Assembly (NCBI GenBank): GCA_965219955.1
Contig: OZ244799.1
Coordinates: 3,776,001 to 3,840,000, forward strand
Origin: a bacterium
GTDB lineage: Bacteria > UBA8248
DNA: 64,000 nucleotides
Reading direction: 5' to 3'
A program made the translations under genes and the position numbers. The notes beneath the pieces are model-generated. The model worked only from the letters and a program-made list of their open reading frames with translations, was not told the origin of the DNA and searched no databases. Positions 41,054 through 50,213 of this stretch are shown here, in pieces; position 1 is the first letter of the stretch, and each line of letters opens with the position of its first letter.

Positions 41054-43995
41054 TGCGGGATACGAAGCCGGAACACGCGTCCATCGCCGAACTCGCCGCT
41101 CGCTTCGGCGCGTCCGTGCCCTGCGCCGGCAACCTGCCGGTCAAGCTCGACGACCCGGATAGCGTCTGGTTCATCGATCAGGGCGCCGTCAATCTGTTCC
41201 TCGTCGAACTCAAGGACGGTGTGGAGCAGGCGGCGCCGCAGCATCTGCTGCGCCGGGAATCGGGCTGGTTGCTGCCGGGTATGGCGCCGGACCAACGAGA
41301 GGGCGACGAAGACAATACGCTCAGCATCATTGCCAAAGGACTGCCGGGCACCATTTTGAAGCGTCTGCCGGCTTCCCTGCTGTCCCGGGTTCATCCGGCG
41401 GAACTGGCGGAACAGACCGACACCTGGCTGATCGCCATTACCGAAACGCTGTCGCGTTTCGCAAACCCCCTTCCGCGTCCGACGGCGCTGGCCGAACCCG
41501 GCCGGACGCAGGCCCTGGCCCCTTGTACGCTATCCGTACGGCGCGGCGTGGTGTGGGTATCCGAACCGCCGCGCGGCGCGAGCCTGTTCATGGGTATTGT
41601 CGACTCGGCGGAACTGGCGGAAGCGAGCGGCCCGCACGAAGCCGTTATTCCGCTGACGCGGACAAGCTGGCTCGCCTTGTTCGACGAGGCGACGCTAACG
41701 GGCATATCTACCGAAAGCCTGGCGGAGCAGGGCATGCTGCTGCCGGCACTCGCCTCTTTTCACGCGGTTGCTTTCTCCCTGGAACGCCTGAACCGCCGGC
41801 TGGTCGTGGTCGACGACGTCAATCTCGAACGCGCGCGGACTGCCAGCCGCCGCACGGCCGAAAAAGCCGCGCGGCAGCGGCTCTTCAATATCTATGACCT
41901 TCCGATTGATCGGGACGCCGGTGTCGAGGACACGGCGCTGGCGGAGGCCCTGCAGCTCATCGGCCGCCATGAAGGAATCGATTTCAAGATACCGGCGCGC
42001 TCGGGACCCTCCAATACTCCGGTCGGTCTCGTTGAGGTTCTCGACGCGTCAGGCATACGCGCCCGGCGCGTACGATTCAAAGCCGAGGGCAGCTGGTGGC
42101 GCGGCGACAGCAACGCGATGCTGGCGTTCCGCGCGGAGGACGGCCGGCCCGTGGTGCTGCTGCCGGGAAGGTTCGGGCGATACAGGGAAATCGACCCGGT
42201 CAGCAAACGCAGCCTCCGGGTAACGGCGGACCGCGCGGGCGAACTGGCGGAGGAAGCCTGGATGTTCTATCGGCCATTGCCGCCGGAGGACGTGAAACTG
42301 GCGGACCTGCTGGAAATCGCCCTGCGCGGATCGGCCGCGGATCTGGCGCGGCTGGTCATTGCCGGGCTTCCATACGGCATGATCAGACTGCTGCCTGCGC
42401 TGGCGCTCGGATTCGTTGCGAATGAAATATCGGCGGGCGGAAGCGCAGGAGCGATCTATGCCGTTGCCGTGGCGGTAGCGGCGTTCGGCCTGCTCGGCGC
42501 ACTGCTGCACCTGTTTCAGAGCACGGCGATGATGCGGCTCGAGGGGCGCTCGGCCTCCCGGGTGGAAGCCGCCTTCTGGGACCGTCTCATGCGCCTTCCG
42601 TCAAGCATTCTTCACCGCCATCCTTCCGGTGATCTGGCCATGTCGGGGATGACGTTCCAGAACCTTCGCGACGGCTTGCGGGGAGTCGTCGCCAACAGCT
42701 TTTTGTCGATCATTTTTCTGCTTCCGGTTTTTGGCGTCATTTTTTTCTACGATGCCACGCTCGGCTTCATCACCCTCGTTTTCAGCCTGGCTTCGCTGCT
42801 GGTCGCCGTAGGCCTCGGGTTGCGCCAGATTTCCCCTTACGGGCGGATGATCAGCGCAGCGCGCCGCGTAGCCGGCCGGCTCTTCCAGCTCGTGGGAGGC
42901 ATCTCCAAGCTGCGAATGGATAATGCGGAAGGGTCGGCTTACGCCATCTGGGCGAGGGATTATCGTGAGCAGAAACGCGCGGAGATCGAACTGGGCGCGC
43001 TCGAGGGACATTCGCGGGCATTCGGCGCCGCGCTTCCCTTTCTTGCCGGCGGGGTGCTGTTTTTCGCGGTGGCGGCGGCGGGTGAGCGAAACATTCCGGT
43101 CGGCGATTTTCTCGTCGTTTACACGGTCTTTCTCGTTTTTCAGTCCGCCATCGCCCGGCTCGGCGAGTCCTTCGGCGCCATTGCCGCCATGCGGCCGGCG
43201 TTCGAGCAGATGCGCCCACTGCTCTCCGCCGTTCCTGAAACCGTGACGGAAGGAGAGCCGGTGGAATACCTGGGCGGCGAAATACTGTTCGACCGCATTT
43301 CCTTCCGCTACGATCCCGACGGTCCGTTGATTCTCGACGACGTCACGATTCACGCCCGTCCCGGCGAATTCGTCGCGATTGCCGGTGAGTCCGGCGCAGG
43401 CAAGAGCACCCTGTTCCGGCTCGCGCTCGGCATCGACTGGCCGACCGCCGGCGCGGTGTATTACGACGGACGCGACCTGAAGCACCTGAACCTGAAACAG
43501 GTGCGCCGGAAAATCGGAGCGGTGCCGCAATCCGTCGGACTCCATCCACAGGATCTCTGGGACAATCTGGTCTCTCACCATGACGGGGTGGCGACCGGGG
43601 AAGTATGGGCGGCGGCCCGGACCGCCGAAATCGAAGCCCAAATCAGGGACATGCCCATGGGCATGATGACGATGGTGGGCGCCAGCGGGTCCGTCCTCTC
43701 AGGCGGCGAGAGCCAGCGCATCACGATCGCCCGCTCGGTGATCGGCAGCCCGCGGATCATGCTGCTTGACGAGGCGACCAACTGGCTGGACAACGAAAGC
43801 CAGGCCAAGGTCATGCGCAACCTTGCCGACCTGACTTCGACCCGGCTCATCATCGCCCACCGCCTGTCCACGCTGGAGCAGGCCGACCGCATCTACGTGC
43901 TGCAAGCCGGAAAAGTCGTGCAATGCGGCTCCTTCGATGAACTGAAAGAGGTCGACGGGGTATTCAAGGAATTGATCAAAAGGCAAATCGCTTGA
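41053..43995 (+). CDS. second NHLP-system ABC transporter (permease/ATPase, no peptidase)
   Basis: N-terminal cNMP-binding-like region, WWRGD, GESGAGKST, LSGGESQR, LDEATN. Confidence 0.9.
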   Translation: MRDTKPEHASIAELAARFGASVPCAGNLPVKLDDPDSVWFIDQGAVNLFLVELKDGVEQAAPQHLLRRESGWLLPGMAPDQREGDEDNTLSIIAKGLPGTILKRLPASLLSRVHPAELAEQTDTWLIAITETLSRFANPLPRPTALAEPGRTQALAPCTLSVRRGVVWVSEPPRGASLFMGIVDSAELAEASGPHEAVIPLTRTSWLALFDEATLTGISTESLAEQGMLLPALASFHAVAFSLERLNRRLVVVDDVNLERARTASRRTAEKAARQRLFNIYDLPIDRDAGVEDTALAEALQLIGRHEGIDFKIPARSGPSNTPVGLVEVLDASGIRARRVRFKAEGSWWRGDSNAMLAFRAEDGRPVVLLPGRFGRYREIDPVSKRSLRVTADRAGELAEEAWMFYRPLPPEDVKLADLLEIALRGSAADLARLVIAGLPYGMIRLLPALALGFVANEISAGGSAGAIYAVAVAVAAFGLLGALLHLFQSTAMMRLEGRSASRVEAAFWDRLMRLPSSILHRHPSGDLAMSGMTFQNLRDGLRGVVANSFLSIIFLLPVFGVIFFYDATLGFITLVFSLASLLVAVGLGLRQISPYGRMISAARRVAGRLFQLVGGISKLRMDNAEGSAYAIWARDYREQKRAEIELGALEGHSRAFGAALPFLAGGVLFFAVAAAGERNIPVGDFLVVYTVFLVFQSAIARLGESFGAIAAMRPAFEQMRPLLSAVPETVTEGEPVEYLGGEILFDRISFRYDPDGPLILDDVTIHARPGEFVAIAGESGAGKSTLFRLALGIDWPTAGAVYYDGRDLKHLNLKQVRRKIGAVPQSVGLHPQDLWDNLVSHHDGVATGEVWAAARTAEIEAQIRDMPMGMMTMVGASGSVLSGGESQRITIARSVIGSPRIMLLDEATNWLDNESQAKVMRNLADLTSTRLIIAHRLSTLEQADRIYVLQAGKVVQCGSFDELKEVDGVFKELIKRQIA

Positions 43996-44071
43996 TCCGG
44001 ACGTGCAGCCGGCAACCCGGCGGCAAGAAATGCGCGTTCGGCCATATCCTGCGAAAATGGAGCAGCCGTCC

Positions 44072-45373
44072 ATGAAGAAGCCCTTTGACGCAGCCGGTTT
44101 CCTGATATCGCGAGCCGTCGAGGACTACGACTTCAGAGAGCGTCTTCTCGCCAGGCCCAAAGAGACCATCGAAGCGGAATTCGGCGTGACGATGGCCGAA
44201 GGCCACGAGATTCACGTGCACGAAGACACCTATGCCGAGACGCACCTCGTCCTTCCGCCGCGCAGCAAGTTCACCGAGGCGGAACGGGAGGAGGCGAGAA
44301 CCGGCGCGGCATCGCTCGATTTCCTTCGCAAGACGATGCACGACCCCGCGCCGCCCCTCCGTCCGCCCGTCGTTCAGGGGGAGAAAGCCCCGAAGGCCGC
44401 CGCCACCGCCGAGGCGCTTGCGAAAGCGGGCAGGGAAAGCATCCGCCGCGGTCTCGATTTCCTGGAATCCACGATAGACGAAAACGGCGCGTGGCACTGC
44501 ATCCGGTTCAACGTAGCCGATCCGGAGGTGCCGCGGCATTTCGAAAAGCCTCCCTTCGTATCGGCTTTCTGCGTCCTCGCCCTGGAATGCTGCGAGGAAG
44601 CGCGCGCCAGGGCCATCTGCGCCGCGACCAGGGCGTATCTCGTCGACACGGTCGAATATCCCGGATTGTGGCGCTATTACCGCCATCTGCCCCGGGATCT
44701 CGACAGCACCGCGCTGTGTTCACTCGTGGTCGGAGCGCACCCCTGGATTCTGCTGGGGAGGAACGTTCCGCAAATCTTGGCGAATCGCGACGAGGAAGGC
44801 CGCTTCATGACCTGGGTTCTGGATGAGGACGAACCCGATGTCGTGTCGCCCTTTCGCATCGAAGCCGACCCCGTGGTCAATGCGAACCTCATTGCCTATC
44901 TCGGCGACCACCCCGGCACCAGGGATGCCCGGCGGTGGCTGGAAGCCCTGATGGCCGAGGGGGATCTCGAGGGCTCCTCCAAATGGTATCCCGACGTGGT
45001 GGCGATCTGCTACGCGGCCGCCCGCGCCATGGTCCGCGCGCGCCCCGCCCTCGACCGGCTGCGCCCGGTACTGGCGGAGCGCATCCTGGGCTTGCGCGAC
45101 GAGGAGGGCGGTTTCGGCAACATCCTTCAAACGGCCCAGGCCGCCTCGGCGCTCCACCATGTCGGACGCCTCGACGGCATCGACGCGAAACGCATGGTGG
45201 AGAGGTTCATTAGTTCGCAGCGTGAGGACGGCAGCTGGCCGGAACTCCTCGCGTTCGGCGACCAGACGCTGAAGTGGGGCAAGGTAGGGCAGATAGGGCA
45301 TGGCTCAGAAGCCGTGACCACGGCGTTTTGCATCGAAGCCCTCGAGCGTCTCGTCGCAATCTTGCGGGCCTGA
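44072..45373 (+). CDS. NHLP-leader-like domain fused to terpene cyclase/prenyltransferase alpha-alpha barrel
   Basis: N-terminal DFRERLLARPK...HLVLPP...EEARTGA; C-terminal DLDSTAL and QREDGSW (QW-like); start uncertain (44003-44072). Confidence 0.75.
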   Translation: MKKPFDAAGFLISRAVEDYDFRERLLARPKETIEAEFGVTMAEGHEIHVHEDTYAETHLVLPPRSKFTEAEREEARTGAASLDFLRKTMHDPAPPLRPPVVQGEKAPKAAATAEALAKAGRESIRRGLDFLESTIDENGAWHCIRFNVADPEVPRHFEKPPFVSAFCVLALECCEEARARAICAATRAYLVDTVEYPGLWRYYRHLPRDLDSTALCSLVVGAHPWILLGRNVPQILANRDEEGRFMTWVLDEDEPDVVSPFRIEADPVVNANLIAYLGDHPGTRDARRWLEALMAEGDLEGSSKWYPDVVAICYAAARAMVRARPALDRLRPVLAERILGLRDEEGGFGNILQTAQAASALHHVGRLDGIDAKRMVERFISSQREDGSWPELLAFGDQTLKWGKVGQIGHGSEAVTTAFCIEALERLVAILRA

Positions 45374-45455
45374 TAATTCTTGCAGGTCAAAGAATTCGGG
45401 GATAAAATATCCTCCGGTTCAAGGGATTCGATATGCCTGCCATTGAGGAGTTGAC

Positions 45456-47852
45456 ATGCCGCAAAGTCCGGTCGCAAGTGGTGGCTCCGGCCCGGGCAGC
45501 GCCGGCGCCGCTCAGCCTGTCGAGCCGTCCATTCTGACCGCCATTCCGCATTATCTGCCGCTGGTCGTTTTTCCGCTGATTCTTCTCGGCGCGCTCTATG
45601 GAGGCTGGTGGCTGCTGCCGCCGTTCGTCTTCATGAGTCTGGCCGGGTGGCTCGACCGGGCGCTGGGCCGGGACGGGCAAAACATGGACCCGTCGAATAC
45701 GCCGGAACACCGCCTGTTCTGGCACAATCTGCCGGTCTGGTCGTGGTCGTTTCTGTGGCCGCCGACGCTCATTTTCGGTATGTGGCAAATCCTGGCGGCG
45801 GATCAATTCTCGTGGTGGGAAGGCGTGCTCCTGGCGGTCATCCTGACGATGGAGGCGCAAGCCGTGTTCGTCGTCGGCCACGAAATGATACACCGGCGCA
45901 CGACCTGGGAGCGCCGGGTGGGCGAATTCCTGCTCGCCTCCGTCTCCTATCCGCAGTACGCCACCGAGCACGTCTATATCCACCACGCCCTGGTCGGCAC
46001 GCCGTATGACGTAGGCTCCGCTCCGAAGGGGGAGAGCTTCTGGAAATATTTCCCCAAGGAAGTCGCGAGCAACCTCGTCCATTCCTGGGAAGTCGCGGTA
46101 GAACGCCTGGCGCGGCGCCGTCTGCCCGTTTGGCATTACGACAACCCGTTCTGGCGCTACGCGATAGGCGTCGCGTTCTGGTACGCGCTGGTTTTCTGGA
46201 TGGGCGGGATCTGGGCCGTTCCGGTCTTCATCTTCCTCGGTCTGTCCTGCGTCTTTTCGATGAAGATGAGCAACTACTTCCAGCACTACGGCCTGCGCCG
46301 GGTCCGCCTGGACAACGGCCGCTGGGAAAAGGCGATGCCGCGCCATTCCTGGAGCGCCGACTGGAAGTTCAGCAACTGGATGTTTTTCAACATGCAGCGT
46401 CATGCGGACCACCACGCGGTGGCGTCGCGCCAGTATCCCCTGCTGCAGGTCAGCGGCCTCGATGAGTCGCCGGAACTGCCGGGAACCTACGCCGACATGA
46501 TGAACATCGTGCTGCGGCCCAAGCGCTGGTTCGAGAAGATGGACCCGCTGGTGGACCAGTGGCGGGAGCATTTCTATCCGGATATTGACGACTGGGGCCC
46601 CTACGACAGCCCGATTGCAGCGGCGCGGCCCGACGCCTTCGACGCGATACTCGAAATCTTCGGCGCCGCCCCGCGGCTTGCGAAATGGATTGAACGGAAT
46701 CCGGAACTTCTGGATAACCTGCAGGACCAGGAATTCCTCGACCTCGACCTGCCGAAGGGCTTCGGGCCGGATGCGGAATACGAATCGATCGCGCGGCGCG
46801 GGCTGGCGAGAGTCTACTGGACGTACGAAATGGATGTTCAGGAATTGAAGGGTCTGGTCGCCGAACTGCCGGTGGCCGATGCGAGGGAAACCGCTGAAAT
46901 CGTGCGAAACTGGTCGAACGACAAGGCGTTTCAGATCGGCATGCACGTGGTGCGCGGAAACCTGCTGCCGGCGGAAGCGAGTACGGCGCTCTCGAATCTC
47001 GCCGAAGCGTCGATTTCGACCGTGCTCGCCTCCGTGGTCGCGGATTACGTCGACCGCTTCGGGATGCTGAGCGTGGGCGGCGTCGCCGCTGTTTTTCTGG
47101 GCGATCTGGCCAGCCGGGAAGCATACCCCGGCGTTGGCATCGATATGCTGATCCTCCACGACGGCCGCCAGTCCGGCGAAAATGAACGCATGTTCCAGGG
47201 TTTCCGAAAGTCGCTGACCGACCTGTCGCAGGACAGCCTGCTGTTCTCCCCGGTCCCGCCCGGCTCGAATTCCATGCCTGCGCTGCCGCTTTCCGAACTG
47301 GCCGGGCGTTTCGGGAATCCGGCTTCCGGCGAGGTTCCCGCCCTCACCAGGGCGCGCTGCGCCTTCGAGCATGAAGGCTCCGATATCGCAGACCGCTTCG
47401 AGGAGGCGCGGCGCCGGATACTGACCGAATACAGCGCGAACAGGTCTTTGCCCGACTGGTTGAGCGAGTGGACGGAAGAGGGCGCCGAAAAAAACGTGTC
47501 CGCATACGCCCGGATGCGCGGCGGGCTGGACGACGTCGAGAAGGCCGCGCGCTACCTGCAGTTGGCGCGCGGCGGAATCTACCTCGACGATCCGGCGCCG
47601 AGCGCTGCGGCGGTGTTCGATACCGCCGGCGCCGGGCCGCTGGCGCAAGCCGCGATCATGTGGCGGGATTTGCAGGGGGTCATGCGCCTCGTCGGCGAGG
47701 AAGGGTTCGACGCGGCGGCGGCAGGGCCGAAGGTCAAATCACTCCTTGCGAACGCTTGCGGGCAGGAGGATTTCGATGCGCTGGCGTCGGCGGTCGCCGA
47801 AACCGCATCCAGCGCCGCCGCCCGGATCGATACGCTTGTTTCGCGCCCGTAA
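45456..47852 (+). CDS. AlkB-type membrane di-iron hydroxylase/desaturase fused to GlnE-like nucleotidyltransferase domain
   Basis: HEMIHR, EHVYIHH, NYFQHYG, QRHADHHA; C-terminal LSNLAE, LGDLASRE...IDML, RGGLDDVE. Confidence 0.8.
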   Translation: MPQSPVASGGSGPGSAGAAQPVEPSILTAIPHYLPLVVFPLILLGALYGGWWLLPPFVFMSLAGWLDRALGRDGQNMDPSNTPEHRLFWHNLPVWSWSFLWPPTLIFGMWQILAADQFSWWEGVLLAVILTMEAQAVFVVGHEMIHRRTTWERRVGEFLLASVSYPQYATEHVYIHHALVGTPYDVGSAPKGESFWKYFPKEVASNLVHSWEVAVERLARRRLPVWHYDNPFWRYAIGVAFWYALVFWMGGIWAVPVFIFLGLSCVFSMKMSNYFQHYGLRRVRLDNGRWEKAMPRHSWSADWKFSNWMFFNMQRHADHHAVASRQYPLLQVSGLDESPELPGTYADMMNIVLRPKRWFEKMDPLVDQWREHFYPDIDDWGPYDSPIAAARPDAFDAILEIFGAAPRLAKWIERNPELLDNLQDQEFLDLDLPKGFGPDAEYESIARRGLARVYWTYEMDVQELKGLVAELPVADARETAEIVRNWSNDKAFQIGMHVVRGNLLPAEASTALSNLAEASISTVLASVVADYVDRFGMLSVGGVAAVFLGDLASREAYPGVGIDMLILHDGRQSGENERMFQGFRKSLTDLSQDSLLFSPVPPGSNSMPALPLSELAGRFGNPASGEVPALTRARCAFEHEGSDIADRFEEARRRILTEYSANRSLPDWLSEWTEEGAEKNVSAYARMRGGLDDVEKAARYLQLARGGIYLDDPAPSAAAVFDTAGAGPLAQAAIMWRDLQGVMRLVGEEGFDAAAAGPKVKSLLANACGQEDFDALASAVAETASSAAARIDTLVSRP

Positions 47853-47885
47853 AACGCGCCGACCGAACAGACGCGGAAACCCCGA

Positions 47886-50204
47886 ATGCCGTCAAGGACG
47901 AAGATGAATCCCCGGCGCGGGATATTGACGAAAACGACGCCTGCGGATGAGGGCCTCGTCGAGCTTCCCGCGCTCACCCCGCACCTGCAGTTCCACGAAG
48001 TCGGCGATCAGCAGACGCTGCTGGTTTCCGAGTCGTTCGATACCCTGCTGCACGGCGGCCTGTATGGCGACCTGCTGCCGCTTCTTGACGGCCGTCGCCC
48101 GCAAGCCGAGATTGCCGCCGCCCTCGAGGGCCGCCACTCCTCCGCCGACGTTCACGCGGCTCTCGTTTCGCTCTCCGCAAGAGGCTATGTCGTCTCCGCC
48201 GATCACGGCATGGACCGGCCCCGGGCGGCCTACTGGTCGTCGCTCGGCGCGTCGCCCCGCTGGGTCGAAGGGCGGCTGGCGGAATCACGGGTCGCGGTCG
48301 AAGGCGACGACGGCCGCCTCGTCCGGCATCTGGAAGAGAGCGGCGCTCGCGTGGTGACCGGCGATCCCCGGCTCACCGTTGTCGTTTGCGAGGATTATCT
48401 CGACGCACGGCTTGGGGAGGTGAACCGGCGCGCGCTCGAGGCGGGAGCGCCGTGGACGCTGGTGCGCCCGCGCGGCATGGAGGCGCTGTTCGGCCCCGTC
48501 TTTCGCGCGGATAGAGAAGGGCCCTGCCGGGAGTGCCTGGTGAACCGCCTGCGCTGCCACAAGGAGACCCACGGTTTCCTGCGCAGCTTCGCCGGCGAGG
48601 AAGCCGCCTTCAAGCCGTTCGCCGCCGAGTCCGGGGTGCTGGAGTCGCTGTACGGGCTGGTCGCGGCGGAGATCGTCAAGTGGCTGGTGCTGGGCGAGGC
48701 GGCCCCGATGCACGACCACGCGATAGCGATGAACCTCGGGGCGTTCGAAAGTTCGAAGCATCCGGTGATGCACCGGCCGCAGTGCCCGGCCTGCGGCGAC
48801 GAAGCGCTCTACCGGCCGGACCGGCCGCCGGCGCCGCTGTGTCTGAAAGCGAGCCCCAAGACCCACCGCAACAGCGGCGGCGCGCGGGCCGTGACGCCCG
48901 AAGCGACCCTGGCGAAATACCGCCACCTGGTGAGCCCGATCAGCGGCGTCGTCACCTGGCTGGCGCGCACGACCGATGAGAACGACTCCTGGCTGCATGT
49001 CTACTGGGCCGGGAGCAACCCTGCGGTGAGAAGCCGGAGCCTGAGTTCGCTCAGGCGCAGTTTGCGCAGCAAGAGCGCGGGCAAGGGCAGCACGCGGGAG
49101 CAATCCGAGGCCAGCGCGCTGTGCGAGGCGATCGAGCGCTATTCGGGCGCCTGTTGCGGAGACGAAATCCGTATCCGCAGGCGGTTCATCGACTTCGCCG
49201 GAGAAGAGGCGGCGATCCACCCCAACGATGCGCAGCTGTTCAGCGATTATCAGCTCGACAACGCGGAGAGCATCAACGCGAAAGGCCACCCGTACAACAT
49301 CGTCCCGCCGCGTCTCGACGCCGACGCCGAAATCGACTGGACCCCGGTCTGGTCGTTCACGCAGCGGCGCCATCGCTATCTGCCGACGTCGATGCTCTAC
49401 AGCATGTCCGCCGAACAGCGCGGAGGCGCCGACCTGATTGCCGACTCCAACGGCTGCGCCGCGGGGAACACCCTGGAGGAGGCCATCCTGCAAGGCTTCT
49501 ATGAACTGGTCGAGCGCGATGCGTTCGCCATCTGGTGGTACAACGGACTGAGAGCGCCCGGGGTCGATCTTTCGGGATTTGACGACGAATTCCTCGCCTC
49601 GGCCGCGGACTACTACGCCCGCTGCGAGCGGGAAGTGTGGATGCTCGACGTTACTTCCGATATCGGGATTCCCGCGTTCGTTGCGCTCTCGCGCAGACCG
49701 GACGCGGACACCGAGGACATCATTTACGGCGCAGGCGCCCATGCGGACCCGCGGCTGGCGGCCCTGCGCGCGGTTTGCGAGTTGAACCAGTGCCTTACCT
49801 GGCTGCCGCGTCCCGGCGGGGGCGACGGCAAGCCCATGATCGACGATCCGCTGGCGCTCGGTTGGTGGAAGACGGCCCGACTCGCCGAATGTTCCTGGCT
49901 GGCGCCTGCGCCGGACGCGCCGCTCAAACAAGGCTCGGAGTATCCGGTGATCGAATCGGCGGACACGCGCGACGACGTGGAGCATTGCCGGGCGTTGGTG
50001 GAAGACAGGGGCATGGAGTTCCTCGTGCTGGACCAGACCCGGCCGGACATCGGCATGCCGGTCGCGCGGGTCATCGTGCCGGGCATGCGCCATTTCTGGG
50101 CGAGATTCGCGCCCGGGCGCCTGTACGACGCGCCCCTCCGCATGGGCCGCCGCGAACACCCCCTGGCCGAAGCCGATTTGAATCCCGCGCCCGTGATCGC
50201 GTAA
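47886..50204 (+). CDS. srpC: TOMM-type fused leader-binding/YcaO cyclodehydratase (SrpC-like)
   Basis: GPCRECL and RPQCPAC, SAGKG, CEAIERYS, SNGCAAGNTLEEA, ELVERDA, Pro-rich C-terminus LNPAPVIA; gene name from memory. Confidence 0.9.
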   Translation: MPSRTKMNPRRGILTKTTPADEGLVELPALTPHLQFHEVGDQQTLLVSESFDTLLHGGLYGDLLPLLDGRRPQAEIAAALEGRHSSADVHAALVSLSARGYVVSADHGMDRPRAAYWSSLGASPRWVEGRLAESRVAVEGDDGRLVRHLEESGARVVTGDPRLTVVVCEDYLDARLGEVNRRALEAGAPWTLVRPRGMEALFGPVFRADREGPCRECLVNRLRCHKETHGFLRSFAGEEAAFKPFAAESGVLESLYGLVAAEIVKWLVLGEAAPMHDHAIAMNLGAFESSKHPVMHRPQCPACGDEALYRPDRPPAPLCLKASPKTHRNSGGARAVTPEATLAKYRHLVSPISGVVTWLARTTDENDSWLHVYWAGSNPAVRSRSLSSLRRSLRSKSAGKGSTREQSEASALCEAIERYSGACCGDEIRIRRRFIDFAGEEAAIHPNDAQLFSDYQLDNAESINAKGHPYNIVPPRLDADAEIDWTPVWSFTQRRHRYLPTSMLYSMSAEQRGGADLIADSNGCAAGNTLEEAILQGFYELVERDAFAIWWYNGLRAPGVDLSGFDDEFLASAADYYARCEREVWMLDVTSDIGIPAFVALSRRPDADTEDIIYGAGAHADPRLAALRAVCELNQCLTWLPRPGGGDGKPMIDDPLALGWWKTARLAECSWLAPAPDAPLKQGSEYPVIESADTRDDVEHCRALVEDRGMEFLVLDQTRPDIGMPVARVIVPGMRHFWARFAPGRLYDAPLRMGRREHPLAEADLNPAPVIA

Positions 50205-50213
50205 GGAACCGAT

